NCBI GenBank assembly: GCA_049966395.1
Contig: JBMFUT010000009.1
Coordinates: 1-23,654 of the forward strand
DNA: 23,654 nucleotides
DNA from: Candidatus Micrarchaeia archaeon
GTDB taxonomy: Archaea; Micrarchaeota; Micrarchaeia; Micrarchaeales; CABMGC01
Reading direction: 5' to 3'
A program made the position numbers and the translations under genes. Numbering within the stretch: the first letter of the stretch is position 1; the number at the start of each line of letters is the position of its first letter. Below the pieces are notes generated by a model, which worked only from the letters and a program-made list of their open reading frames with translations, searched no databases and was not told the DNA's origin. Below, piece after piece: positions 1 to 9,355 of the stretch.

Positions 1-87
1 TTAAGACGGGCAAGAAATTCAGTTTGCTAAAAAGCCAAAAGGCAAAAAGGTGTTGAGCATTGCCAGTTTTGGGCCGCCTTTTGACGC

Positions 88-612
88 TCAGTCGTAAAGA
101 TCATTAACAAATCTCGCTGCAGCACACAGTGTCGCATCGAAAAATTCCTTCTTCCTGTCATACCTGCCGTTTGTGAGTATGCCATTAGTTCCCAATTCCG
201 TCTTTATGCGCTCCGCGCTTTTGTTTGAAAGCATTGACATGGCTTCCGCAAGGTCCCTTCCGGACATAATCAGCTCGGCCAGTTTTCTTGGCAGCATTAC
301 CTGGGCGCTTGCGCCTATGCCAATTCTTTCGTATTTGTCCACTATTACTACATAGCCATATACAAAAGTGCCGTGGCTGTTTGTAGAAATTATGCCTTCT
401 GGGCCTACCCCCATGTCGGCTGCCGCGCCCTCCATTGCGCGTCTTGCCCTGTTAAGCGCGCCTTTTATGCCCTCTTCTTCGCCCCTAGGAGTTTCGCCGA
501 CTCCAGATTCCGCCTTTACGATTACGAATTCTGGATTTTCAAAAAGCTGCCGCAGCGCCTCTTCTATGGCAGAAATCTTAAGGCTGTTTGTCGTGCCTAT
601 TGCGATCTTCAT
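88..612 (-). CDS. yjjX: Non-canonical purine NTP phosphatase (inosine/xanthosine triphosphatase, YjjX/DUF84 family)
   Basis: Motifs MKIAIGTTNSLKISA, SGVGETP, GALNRA, GVGPEG, GTNGILTNGRYDR match the NTPase_I-T family. Start moved from the ORF-track TTG to the ATG at 612, which is preceded by a GGTG RBS (174 aa). Confidence 0.85.
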   Translation of the reverse strand: MKIAIGTTNSLKISAIEEALRQLFENPEFVIVKAESGVGETPRGEEEGIKGALNRARRAMEGAAADMGVGPEGIISTNSHGTFVYGYVVIVDKYERIGIGASAQVMLPRKLAELIMSGRDLAEAMSMLSNKSAERIKTELGTNGILTNGRYDRKKEFFDATLCAAARFVNDLYD

Positions 613-661
613 TAAAACACCATTTATAGTACAAGTATTATTCAAACTCAAAAGTTGGATT

Positions 662-1468
662 TTAGCCAGTGTATAGTAGGCAAAATGTCGAGTTTTCTTT
701 CATCCCGTCATCTGTTCGCATTACCCAGCCGCTGCTTGAATACTTTTCTGCCGCGAGCTTTTCTGAGCGTTGCATTATTTCACTTCTCTCCGCCTGATTC
801 ATTGGCACAATTTCAAAAGTCTGCTTCATGCTGTCTATTATGTTCTGCTTTAAGCTTTCAGTGCTTCCGTTGACAAACTGCTTTATATACGGCAACGAGT
901 CTAGTTTTTCATAATCTCCTTCTCTCAGGCGGAGCCTTTCGCTTATGTATTCGGCATCCCATTTTTCTATCGCCATTACGCCGTGATATATAAAAGAACT
1001 CGCGTTAATGTGCTGCGCATGGCCCGCCACCGGCTTGCCGTCTATGTTTATGCTGTAGACCTCGCCGAGGGTCAGCCTGTCGCTGCTCAGCCCGGCAACC
1101 CGCCTCAGCGCCTCTGCCAAATGCGGACCGAGCATTTGGTGTATCGCGTTTGGATTGCCAAAACGCGTTTGCTTGCTGCCAAGCACGCTCAGGGGCCCTT
1201 CTATCGAATACGACAGCGTCCCTTTCCCGAGAAAAATAGGCTTGCCGCCGCTTATTCTCCTAGAGAGCTCTGCATCGCTGGTATCCCTTGCTATCACCTT
1301 CATGTGATCCGATATGGAAAGCACTATGGCGTTTTTTGGAGTGTCATAAAACCTCAAGTAAAGATTGCCCGTAGCTCCCGCTTTTTCTTCAAGCAGCTCG
1401 TCTATTGCCATGTTGTCGGCAGCACTTAGGGTATCGTAGCCAAAGTAAGTAGCTTTTGTCTTTTCCAT
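662..1468 (-). CDS. Lipoate-protein ligase A / lipoyl-transferase family protein (BPL_LplA_LipB catalytic domain only, divergent)
   Basis: NMAIDE, LRFY, RRISGG, INIDGKPVAGHAQ, HG and KYSSSGW motifs; divergently transcribed from the PDH operon. ATG at 1468 preferred over 1498 because a TTTTATAT box lies about 30 nt upstream of it. Confidence 0.8.
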   Translation of the reverse strand: MEKTKATYFGYDTLSAADNMAIDELLEEKAGATGNLYLRFYDTPKNAIVLSISDHMKVIARDTSDAELSRRISGGKPIFLGKGTLSYSIEGPLSVLGSKQTRFGNPNAIHQMLGPHLAEALRRVAGLSSDRLTLGEVYSINIDGKPVAGHAQHINASSFIYHGVMAIEKWDAEYISERLRLREGDYEKLDSLPYIKQFVNGSTESLKQNIIDSMKQTFEIVPMNQAERSEIMQRSEKLAAEKYSSSGWVMRTDDGMKENSTFCLLYTG

Positions 1469-1496
1469 TTTACCGCATAATGTTTTCTCAGCAGAC

Positions 1497-1504
1497 ATAT
1501 AAAA
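1497..1504 (-). promoter_or_regulatory. Putative archaeal TATA box for the LplA-family gene
   Basis: TTTTATAT on the minus strand, preceded by purine-rich AAGAA, about 30 nt before ATG 1468. Confidence 0.45.
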
Positions 1505-1644
1505 TTCTTACATTTTTGTTTGATCCGCAGATCTTGCCTCTATTTTCAAGCAAGCCTCATTTTAATCTTTTACTTTACTATACTAAAAAGGATAATAAGG
1601 AGTATAAGTGTATGATACTGTACTCAACGAAATTGAGGGAATTC

Positions 1645-1660
1645 TTTTAAATATTAAATA
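1645..1660 (+). promoter_or_regulatory. Putative TATA region for the pdh operon
   Basis: TTTTAAATATTAAATA lies 29-44 nt upstream of the pdhA ATG; GTGA RBS-like element at 1681-1684. Confidence 0.4.
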
Positions 1661-1688
1661 ATAAACTGCGATATTGTAGCGTGATGAA

Positions 1689-2759
1689 ATGTTGAGCGAG
1701 GTTTTTAACGGCAAAATATACTACTTGCAGATAATGGATGAAAACGGAAAAATTGATGAAAACCAGATGCCTAAAGATGTGGACGACGGAATGATTGTGG
1801 AAATGTACAAGAACATGTCCTTCGCCAGGGCGCTTGACGCCAAAGTGCTAAGCCTTCAAAGGCAGGGAAGAGCAGCCACCTACGCGCCACTCATAGGCGA
1901 GGAGGCAACGCAGATAGGCAGCGCAATGGCCATGCGAAGGGACGACTTCTTTGTGCCAAACTTTAGGCAGCACGGCGTGTATCTTGTCAGAGGATTGCCG
2001 CTTGAGCTGTTTTTTATTTATTGGCGTGGCTTCGAGGACGGCAACATGATACCTGAAAATGTCAACGGCCTTACTGTAGCGGTACCTGTAGGCACTCAGC
2101 TTCCGCATGCTGCGGGAATCGCCTACGCTTTCAAATACCAGAAAAAAGATAGGGCGGTGGTGACTTATGTTGGGGACGGAGGAACTTCAGAAGGGGAGGT
2201 TTACGAGGCGCTCAACTTCAGTGGAGTGTTTAAGCTGCCACTGGTAACTATAATAGAAAACAACCAATGGGCCATATCGGTGCCTAGGGAAAAGCAAAGC
2301 GCAGCCGAAACGCTCGCACAAAAAGGCTTCGCGGCGGGCTTCAAGAATATCATACAGGTTGACGGAAACGACGTCTTGGCGGTATACAAAGCGACAAAGG
2401 ATGCAATAGCAAGATCCACAGAAGGCCCTTCGCTGATAGAATGCGTTACGTACAGGATGAGCATGCACACCACTTCAGATGACCCGACAAAATACAGGAG
2501 CGACGAAGAAGTCAACAGGTGGGCTGCAAAAGACCCAATAAGCAGAGTGAGGAAATATATAGAAGGGAAAGGGCTCTGGAACGACGACCTCGAAAGCAAA
2601 ATGGCAGAAGAGCAAAAGAAAAAGATAGACGACAGCGTAGAAAAGGCGGAAAAATTTGCTCCTGATCCGAAAACGATGTTTGAGTACGTGTACAGCTACT
2701 TGCCTCCGGTGCTGAAGGAAGAACTCGACGACGCAACTGCAGCGAACTTTTACTTGTAG
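1689..2759 (+). CDS. pdhA: Pyruvate (2-oxoacid) dehydrogenase E1 alpha subunit
   Basis: LQRQGR, TPP-binding GDGGTSEG...ENNQWAIS, VDGND, YRMSMHTTSDDPTKYR. Branched-chain substrate specificity is not excluded. Confidence 0.93.
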   Translation: MLSEVFNGKIYYLQIMDENGKIDENQMPKDVDDGMIVEMYKNMSFARALDAKVLSLQRQGRAATYAPLIGEEATQIGSAMAMRRDDFFVPNFRQHGVYLVRGLPLELFFIYWRGFEDGNMIPENVNGLTVAVPVGTQLPHAAGIAYAFKYQKKDRAVVTYVGDGGTSEGEVYEALNFSGVFKLPLVTIIENNQWAISVPREKQSAAETLAQKGFAAGFKNIIQVDGNDVLAVYKATKDAIARSTEGPSLIECVTYRMSMHTTSDDPTKYRSDEEVNRWAAKDPISRVRKYIEGKGLWNDDLESKMAEEQKKKIDDSVEKAEKFAPDPKTMFEYVYSYLPPVLKEELDDATAANFYL

Positions 2760-2767
2760 GTGATCTA

Positions 2768-3733
2768 ATGCAAATGAACATGGTTTCTGCGATAAACAGT
2801 GCGCTTGAACTGCTCTTGAAAGAAGACGACAGGGTAATAATACTTGGTGAAGACGTTGGAAAGGACGGGGGAGTATTCAGGGTAACTGACGGGCTGTATG
2901 ACAAATTCGGCCCAGAAAGAGTCGTGGACACGCCCCTCGCAGAATCGGTGATATTAGGCAGCGCGATAGGAATGGCAATAGGCGGCTTGAAACCCATCCC
3001 AGAAATACAGTTTGCCGGATTCATGTTCCTTGGATTTGAGCAGCTGATAAACCACGCGGCGAGGTTCAGAAGCAGGTCTCGAGGCAAGTTCACCGTTCCG
3101 ATGGTTGTCAGAACACCTGTCAGCGGAGGGGTAAAGGCTCTGGAGCACCATTCGGAAAGCCCCGAGGCATTCTATTCTCATGTTGGCGGGCTTGTGGTTG
3201 TGGAGCCTTCCAGCCCTTACGATGCGAAAGGATTACTCATAAGGGCTTCGCACAGCAGCGACCCAGTAGTATTTCTTGAGCCCACAAAGCTGTATAGGCT
3301 TTTCAAACAGGAAGTGCCTGAAGATATGTATGAAGTGCCTATAGGCAAGGCTGCTGTTGTGGAAGAGGGGGACAAATTGAGCATAATAACGTTTGGAACA
3401 ATGGTTCCTTTGGTCAAGGGGGTGGTAGAAAAGAACGGCATTTCGGCCGACATAATAGATCTAAGAACCATAAATCCACTTGACGAAGAAACAATACTGA
3501 AGAGCGTAAAGAAAACAGGAAGAGCACTTATAGTGCACGAGGCCCCTATGAGCTTTGGCGTGGGCGCAGAAATAGCTGCAAGAATAGCTGAAAAGGCAAT
3601 ATTCGAGCTGTCTGCACCGGTAATGAGGGTGGCGGCTCCAAGCTTTCCTTATCCGTTCCCGGGTTACGAGCAGTATTATGTGCCAAACGAGAAGAAGGTA
3701 GAAAGCGCAATAAACAAGCTGCTTTCATACTAA
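2768..3733 (+). CDS. pdhB: Pyruvate (2-oxoacid) dehydrogenase E1 beta subunit
   Basis: GEDVGKDGGVFRVT, DTPLAES, EIQF, EHHSESPE, IDLRTINPLD; AGGTGA RBS at 2758-2763 overlaps the pdhA stop. Confidence 0.95.
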   Translation: MQMNMVSAINSALELLLKEDDRVIILGEDVGKDGGVFRVTDGLYDKFGPERVVDTPLAESVILGSAIGMAIGGLKPIPEIQFAGFMFLGFEQLINHAARFRSRSRGKFTVPMVVRTPVSGGVKALEHHSESPEAFYSHVGGLVVVEPSSPYDAKGLLIRASHSSDPVVFLEPTKLYRLFKQEVPEDMYEVPIGKAAVVEEGDKLSIITFGTMVPLVKGVVEKNGISADIIDLRTINPLDEETILKSVKKTGRALIVHEAPMSFGVGAEIAARIAEKAIFELSAPVMRVAAPSFPYPFPGYEQYYVPNEKKVESAINKLLSY

Positions 3734-3739
3734 AAGGTA

Positions 3740-4987
3740 ATGATTATGAAGGAGATAAGATTTGTTGATGTAGGCGAAGGTATAACAGAAGGACATGTGG
3801 TAAAATGGCTTGTGCACGACGGCGACGCTGTGAAGGAAGACCAGCCGCTTTTCCAGATAGAAACTGACAAGGCCGTAGTAAGCATACCTTCTCCTATAGA
3901 CGGTTATGTCAAGATAGCAGCAAAGGAGGGCACCGACGTACACCTTGGCGACCTTGTCGCCACTGTAGGGACAGCAGAGGAACTGGCTTCTGGCGCGACG
4001 CCTGCAGCACAGCCAAAAAGCGAAACTGTTGCCGCGGCGAACAAGGCACAGGCAATGCAGCCTGAAGGATATCAGGCGCAAGAAGTAATCGCCACCCCCG
4101 CTGTAAGAAAGCTTGCTAGAGACCTTAATGTTGACATCACAAAGGTAAAGGGTAGCGGACCCGGCAACAGGATATTGGAAAGCGACGTGAGGGCGTATGC
4201 GCAGGGCGCTTCTGTAATTGCGACCCCTCCACAGCAACCCACTCCGGCGCGCGGATTCTCCGAATCACTTGAGAATCTGCACAAGGATGAGATAGAGAGG
4301 ATCCCGCTTTCGCAAACGAGAAAGGCAATAGCAAAAAACATGGAAGCTTCGTGGACTATACCAAGGGCAGTCCACATGGATTTGATAGATGCCGCAAACC
4401 TTTTTGGCATAGTGGAAAGGGAAAAGAACAGGGCAGCAAAGGAAGCTGGGGTAAAATTGACTTTTCTGCCTTTCATAATAAAAGCTGCGATAGAGGCGCT
4501 CAAGGAAAATCCGAATTTCAACGCAAGTTACGATGCAGGCAAACTTGAAATAATAAGGAAAAATTACTATAATATAGGGCTTGCGGCTGAAGCGCCTGAC
4601 GGACTAAAAGTAATCGTAATAAAGAACGCGGACAAGAAAAACATTATAGAAATAGCAAGGGAGATACAGGAACTTTCTGAAAAGATAAAGAACAACACAA
4701 TAACAATAGACGAAATGAAGGACAGCACGTTTTCAATAACCAACATAGGCAGCCTTGGCGGCGGCTTCCTTTCCGTGCCGATGATAAACTATCCAGACGT
4801 TGCCATATTGGGCATACATCTAATTAGGGACATGGCGGTAGTAAAAGATGGCAAGGTAGTGCCTGGGAAGGTGCTGCCGTTCTCGATAAGCTTCGATCAC
4901 AGGGTGGTGGACGGTGCAGAGGCTGTGAAGTTCGGCAACGCACTCAAGAGCTACATAGAAGATCCGGAATTCCTTGAGATGCTTTAG
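3740..4987 (+). CDS. pdhC: Dihydrolipoamide acyltransferase (E2)
   Basis: Single lipoyl domain (ETDKA lipoyl-Lys), Ala/Pro/Gln linker, E3-binding domain (ATPAVRKLARD...GSGPGNRI), catalytic DHRVVDG. Start could be 3746. Confidence 0.95.
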   Translation: MIMKEIRFVDVGEGITEGHVVKWLVHDGDAVKEDQPLFQIETDKAVVSIPSPIDGYVKIAAKEGTDVHLGDLVATVGTAEELASGATPAAQPKSETVAAANKAQAMQPEGYQAQEVIATPAVRKLARDLNVDITKVKGSGPGNRILESDVRAYAQGASVIATPPQQPTPARGFSESLENLHKDEIERIPLSQTRKAIAKNMEASWTIPRAVHMDLIDAANLFGIVEREKNRAAKEAGVKLTFLPFIIKAAIEALKENPNFNASYDAGKLEIIRKNYYNIGLAAEAPDGLKVIVIKNADKKNIIEIAREIQELSEKIKNNTITIDEMKDSTFSITNIGSLGGGFLSVPMINYPDVAILGIHLIRDMAVVKDGKVVPGKVLPFSISFDHRVVDGAEAVKFGNALKSYIEDPEFLEML

Positions 4988-4999
4988 CATTAGGTGGTT

Positions 5000-6367
5000 A
5001 TGGTGGTGATGGGCTTTACGCCTGAAGAAACTGACATAGCAATAATAGGAGCTGGCGTTGGTGGCTACGTTGCGGCAATAAGGGCGGCCCAGCTCGGCAA
5101 AAGCGTGGTTCTTATTGAAAAAGAGAAGCTCGGAGGGCATTGCCTGAATTACGCGTGCATACCTTCAAAGACCTTGATTAAAATAGCCGACATGTTCTAC
5201 GGCATTCAGCATGCGGAGAATTTCGGAATACGCGTTGGCGAGGTGAGCATCGACGCGGCGAAGATGCTGGAGTGGCGCGTGGGCGTATCCAAGAAGCTTG
5301 AGGACGGTGTCAAGTTTCTCTGCAATTCGTATGGAATAGAAATAGAGCACGCCGAAGCCACATTCATAGGCAACAACACGCTCCAGCTCACTGATGGAAC
5401 ATCTGTAAAATACAAAAAAGCCATAATAGCCACTGGTTCAGAGCCAGCTAAAATGAAGGGCTTTGAATTCGGCGACAGAATAATAGACTACAAGAAGGCC
5501 CTGCTGATGGACCACATACCTGCAACAATGGTAATAATAGGCGCTGGCTACGTTGCTGTAGAAATAGGCACGCTCTACGCCAAGCTAGGCACAAAGGTAA
5601 GCATAATCGCTAGGTCAGATGTCCTATCGCACTTTGACAGGGACGCTGTTGCTGTAATTAAAAAGAAAATGGAAAAACTCGGGATAAAGATATTCACTGG
5701 CGCTACGCCTGTTTCCTATGACGGGAAAAGCATCGTTCTAAGCGACGGATCCGCCGCCGAAGCCGAAATAGTAGTAGTGGCGATAGGGCTTACGCCTTAT
5801 ACTTACAATCTCGGTCTGGAAAACACTAAAGTGACTCTCAACGAGAAGGGCTTCATAAACGTGGACAGAACGCTGCGCACTTCAGATCCCGACATACTTG
5901 CTGTTGGGGATGTTATAGGCGAGCCCATGCTTGCGCACAAGGCGATAAGGCAGGGAGTGGTGGCTGCTGAAGTCGCGTCAGGCATGAGCTCGGGGTACGA
6001 CAATAGGGTTGTGCCTGCGGTAATATTTTCAGATCCCGTAATAGCAGTTGCTGGAAAAATAGAGGAAAACGAAGACGTGAAAGTGAAGAAATTCCCGCTT
6101 ACCGCGCTTGGCAGGAGCATAGCTCTAGGCACGACCGAAGGATTTGTCAAAATCGCTTACAACAGCCAGAATATCGTCGAAGGAATAGAGATAGTTTCGG
6201 ATGAGGCGGATGCCATGATCTCCGAAGCGGCACTTGCCATTGAGATGGGAGCCACGCTTGAGGATATCGCAGACACCATACACCCGCATCCCACATACAG
6301 CGAGGCCGTGCAAGAGGCAGCCGAAGCAGCGCTGGGAAGGCCCATACACTTCTTCTACGGTAAGTGA
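5000..6367 (+). CDS. lpdA: Dihydrolipoamide dehydrogenase (E3)
   Basis: FAD-binding GAGVGGYVAAIRAAQLG, redox disulfide CLNYACIPSK, NAD-binding GAGYVAVE, C-terminal HPHPTYSE. Exact start (4994/5000/5003/5009) uncertain. Confidence 0.95.
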   Translation: MVVMGFTPEETDIAIIGAGVGGYVAAIRAAQLGKSVVLIEKEKLGGHCLNYACIPSKTLIKIADMFYGIQHAENFGIRVGEVSIDAAKMLEWRVGVSKKLEDGVKFLCNSYGIEIEHAEATFIGNNTLQLTDGTSVKYKKAIIATGSEPAKMKGFEFGDRIIDYKKALLMDHIPATMVIIGAGYVAVEIGTLYAKLGTKVSIIARSDVLSHFDRDAVAVIKKKMEKLGIKIFTGATPVSYDGKSIVLSDGSAAEAEIVVVAIGLTPYTYNLGLENTKVTLNEKGFINVDRTLRTSDPDILAVGDVIGEPMLAHKAIRQGVVAAEVASGMSSGYDNRVVPAVIFSDPVIAVAGKIEENEDVKVKKFPLTALGRSIALGTTEGFVKIAYNSQNIVEGIEIVSDEADAMISEAALAIEMGATLEDIADTIHPHPTYSEAVQEAAEAALGRPIHFFYGK

Positions 6368-6371
6368 ATAC

Positions 6372-7142
6372 ATGGATTACAATGAAGACTTCGAGAACGG
6401 CTATACCGCAACAAGGAACGGAAACATCTATTACATGCATCATCCTGGAACTTCGGAAAGCATACTTTTCCTGCATGGCCTCGGCGCAAGCACGATGGTT
6501 TGGCAACGGCTTGTAAAGTTCATAGACGAAAAATTTGATGTTTACCTTATAGACCTTCTTGGCCACGGAAATTCCGACGCGCCACGGATAGACTACACTG
6601 TTGACGCACTGTGCGATTCTGTGTATGACGTTATAAATAATTTCGGGATTGCTGCGCCATACATATTTGGCCATTCTTATGGAGGCTTGGTTGCTGCGCA
6701 AACCGAATACAAGTACCGCCTGACAAAGGGGCTTATACTTGAGGATGCGGCTGGGCTAGAAGAAAATTTTGGCAGAATCGAGAAGAATGATAAACAGGAG
6801 CGCTACAAGGAAACTGTACTTAAAGAGGCGATGAAGCTCAACTCAAACAAAGATTATGTATTGAGAAGCATATTGGACAGCTACTTCGGAAGTGCAAAGC
6901 TTACTGGCGATTTGCTTGGTGAAATAAGCAAGCCTACTCTCTTGATATGGGGCAGCGATGACAGGATAATAAGCATTGATTATGCAAACACGCTTTCAAA
7001 GCTAATAAAAAATTCCACGCTGCACATCGTGAAAGGGGCCGGGCACGACCCTCACTTCACGCATCCAGAAGAGGTCGCAAGCGAATTGGAGGCGTTCATT
7101 GCCGCAAATGACACCGCCGACAAAACCGGGGCAACAAGATAA
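6372..7142 (+). CDS. Alpha/beta-fold hydrolase (esterase/amidase-like)
   Basis: FLHGLG oxyanion motif, DLLGHGNS, nucleophile elbow GHSYGG, IWGSDD acid, GAGHDPH catalytic His. ATG at 6372 is 4 nt after the lpdA stop. Confidence 0.9.
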   Translation: MDYNEDFENGYTATRNGNIYYMHHPGTSESILFLHGLGASTMVWQRLVKFIDEKFDVYLIDLLGHGNSDAPRIDYTVDALCDSVYDVINNFGIAAPYIFGHSYGGLVAAQTEYKYRLTKGLILEDAAGLEENFGRIEKNDKQERYKETVLKEAMKLNSNKDYVLRSILDSYFGSAKLTGDLLGEISKPTLLIWGSDDRIISIDYANTLSKLIKNSTLHIVKGAGHDPHFTHPEEVASELEAFIAANDTADKTGATR

Positions 7143-7152
7143 AAGATATAAA
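7141..7152 (+). promoter_or_regulatory. Putative BRE/TATA for a leaderless TauE/SafE transcript
   Basis: AAAAGA-TATAAA, with TATAAA starting 27 nt upstream of ATG 7174; no RBS visible. Confidence 0.5.
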
Positions 7153-7173
7153 GAGTGCATTTGAAATATACTC

Positions 7174-8010
7174 ATGCTGCTTACTGTCGAACTCGCCGCG
7201 CTGTTCATTACCGCGCTTACGGTTGGAATAATAGGCAATATTGCAGGAATAGGTGGCGGCGTTTTGATAATGGCGGTTTTCCTGTTTGTTTTCAGGATAA
7301 GCCCGGTTCTTGCTGGGGGATTCAGCCTTGTAACAATAGTAGTAAGCACAGCAATAGGATCACTCTCCAACATGAAGCAAAATGCAATAAGCAGTGGCTT
7401 CTTTTACTCAATAGCGGTCTTTGCCGGGATAGGAGCGGTACTAGGGTCGGTAGTAACCTATTTTGTCGCGACCAAGTCGTTCGAAGCGGCTTTCAGCTTT
7501 ATAAGCATAAGCATAGGAATTTTTTCAATTGTCGCAACAAGGCGCGACATCAAAAGAGGCGACAATACAATGCTCAGGAAAAGCTTTGTAATGCTAAGCA
7601 ATGGGGAGAAGGACGAGCTGAAGGCAATGAAGCCAGGCAAGATAGAATCGTCAATAGTATATTCCATTGCGGGTTTAATTGCCGGGTTCATGGGAATAGG
7701 CATAGGCGGAATTACGGGGACTTATCTCACCGCTATTAGGAAGGCAAACCCGAAAATTGCCTTTTCCAGCGTGCTGGCTGCAATGATTGTGACTTCCTTG
7801 CTTGGATCCGTAGTACATTTTGCAGGCGTGCCGTTTGAGCCGGTGTATATGCCCATAATAGGCGTCCTTGCCGTCGGCGCCGCGGCAGGCGCAGTCGCGG
7901 GGGCTTACGCTTCTGCAAGGGTGAAGAGCAGCAGGCTAAGGATTATGCAGGGTTACATAATAGTTTCGCTTGGGCTCATATCTCTCGCGCTAACTTTGCT
8001 AACAGGATAG
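7174..8010 (+). CDS. Sulfite exporter TauE/SafE (TSUP) family permease
   Basis: About 8 hydrophobic segments with the duplicated family signature GNIAGIGGG / GFMGIGIGG, and GAAAGAVAGA near the C-terminus. Confidence 0.85.
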   Translation: MLLTVELAALFITALTVGIIGNIAGIGGGVLIMAVFLFVFRISPVLAGGFSLVTIVVSTAIGSLSNMKQNAISSGFFYSIAVFAGIGAVLGSVVTYFVATKSFEAAFSFISISIGIFSIVATRRDIKRGDNTMLRKSFVMLSNGEKDELKAMKPGKIESSIVYSIAGLIAGFMGIGIGGITGTYLTAIRKANPKIAFSSVLAAMIVTSLLGSVVHFAGVPFEPVYMPIIGVLAVGAAAGAVAGAYASARVKSSRLRIMQGYIIVSLGLISLALTLLTG

Positions 8011-8087
8011 CACGCACCCGCAATCATAAGTGGCTAAATTCAAAAATCTTAGCAGCTTGGCCCAAAGCAACACGTGGCTTGCGCGCA

Positions 8088-9308
8088 TCAGTTTGTTATT
8101 ATTATCCTTTTCTTGTAGTACTCGCTGACCATCATTTCTATTTTTCTCTCCAACGAGCCAATTTCTGAGTTGATTTTTGAGGATTTCTCTTCATTCGCGG
8201 CTATCATCTTGCGCGACTCTGCCCCGCGCGCCGCGTCTGAATCTAGCTCCTCCAAAATCGCCCTGTAGGTTTTAAGCTCGTTCGAAAGTTGCGCCCGCGT
8301 TGACCTCAATTTCAGGACTTCTGTAGCATAATCTTTCAGGTTTGCGTCAAGCGCCGCTTTCAGTTTGCGCTTGGTAAGTTCAAGCTCGTGGGTATCGGTT
8401 TCTATAGACTCTATACGACTCTGCATGTCCTTGAGCATGCCCATGAAATTTTCATACGCGTTGTCTTCCTCGAGCGAGGCAAAGGCGTTTTGCATCGCTT
8501 CCGCCAATTTTGACTTTGACCCAGATTCATGGTCGTACTTCCTTGCTGCCCTCTCCAATGGCAAAAGTATTTCGTTTATCTTTGCAAGTATTGATTTCTC
8601 AGCAAGCTCATTTTCGCTTATTTCCTTCGAAAGGAGCTCTGTTTTTAAATTCAAATTTGCATCTTGGCTTTCAGGCTTGGCGCGACCACTGTAATTTGCT
8701 TTTTCCAGAAGCACCAAATGCTCCTTTTTCAATTCGTTAAGGCTTTCGCGCAGGAGCGCAAGCTTTTGGACATTTCCCATTAGAATCCGGTGTTTTGAAA
8801 AGTCCGCGGATTTTTTATCCAGCTCAAGGCGCAGTGCCTCTATGCTGCTTTCCACTCTCTTGAAAGTCTTCTTGATCATGCCAAAGTGCTCGCCGTAACC
8901 GAGGAAGACGTTGCGAAAGGAGGTATTCAGCTTAAGCAAATGCGCTATAAATTCTTCCAATATCTTCTTGTCGGCAAGCAGGCGCTCGTATTCAGTCGTG
9001 CCGGAAGCGCTTTGAATCCCGCGCAGGGCCGCATCGATAGAAGATACAAGGGTTTTTGCATATACTGACTTCTGGTATTTCAGCGTACCAAAGCTTTCTT
9101 GGCTTATGAATTCATCGTCAGGATCGCTGTCCACATCTGCAAGCGCAAGGCATGCCAGCTTGAAATCGGAAATTGCAATTTCGACATTCTCCAGTCTTCT
9201 CTTGCAATCTTCTACGTTTTTGGCTGTGACCGCATCGAAAAGCCCGATAAGATAGCGCTCCAACTGGCTTGCTGGAATCTCTTCGGTTTTTGGATTGCCG
9301 AATAGCAT
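8088..9308 (-). CDS. Hypothetical coiled-coil-rich soluble protein
   Basis: 406-aa ORF from ATG 9308 (alternative 9326), rich in E/K/L heptads, no recognisable catalytic motif; TTTTAATT about 30 nt upstream. Confidence 0.75.
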   Translation of the reverse strand: MLFGNPKTEEIPASQLERYLIGLFDAVTAKNVEDCKRRLENVEIAISDFKLACLALADVDSDPDDEFISQESFGTLKYQKSVYAKTLVSSIDAALRGIQSASGTTEYERLLADKKILEEFIAHLLKLNTSFRNVFLGYGEHFGMIKKTFKRVESSIEALRLELDKKSADFSKHRILMGNVQKLALLRESLNELKKEHLVLLEKANYSGRAKPESQDANLNLKTELLSKEISENELAEKSILAKINEILLPLERAARKYDHESGSKSKLAEAMQNAFASLEEDNAYENFMGMLKDMQSRIESIETDTHELELTKRKLKAALDANLKDYATEVLKLRSTRAQLSNELKTYRAILEELDSDAARGAESRKMIAANEEKSSKINSEIGSLERKIEMMVSEYYKKRIIITN

Positions 9309-9355
9309 GTTTACACACGAATACATTGCAAATGAGAATTAAAATATGCGCGCAT

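Noticed and set aside
1..56. Open plus-strand frame KTGKKFSLLKSQKAKRC* at the left edge
   Set aside because: It may be the end of an upstream gene, but 17 codons are too few to support a call.
1570..1625. Imperfect inverted repeats (TATACT/AGTATA; GAGTA/TACTC) in the lplA-pdhA spacer, and the 64-aa ORF 1456-1650
   Set aside because: Short, in AT-rich sequence and compatible with chance; the ORF overlaps promoter DNA and the lplA start.
6234..6371. 46-aa N-terminal extension of the hydrolase ORF in the ORF track
   Set aside because: It overlaps the conserved 3' end of lpdA in another frame; ATG 6372 right after the lpdA stop gives a normal hydrolase.
7155..7739. 194-aa same-strand alternative-frame ORF over the TauE gene
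   Set aside because: Arg/Asn/Cys-rich composition typical of an off-frame read of a hydrophobic gene.
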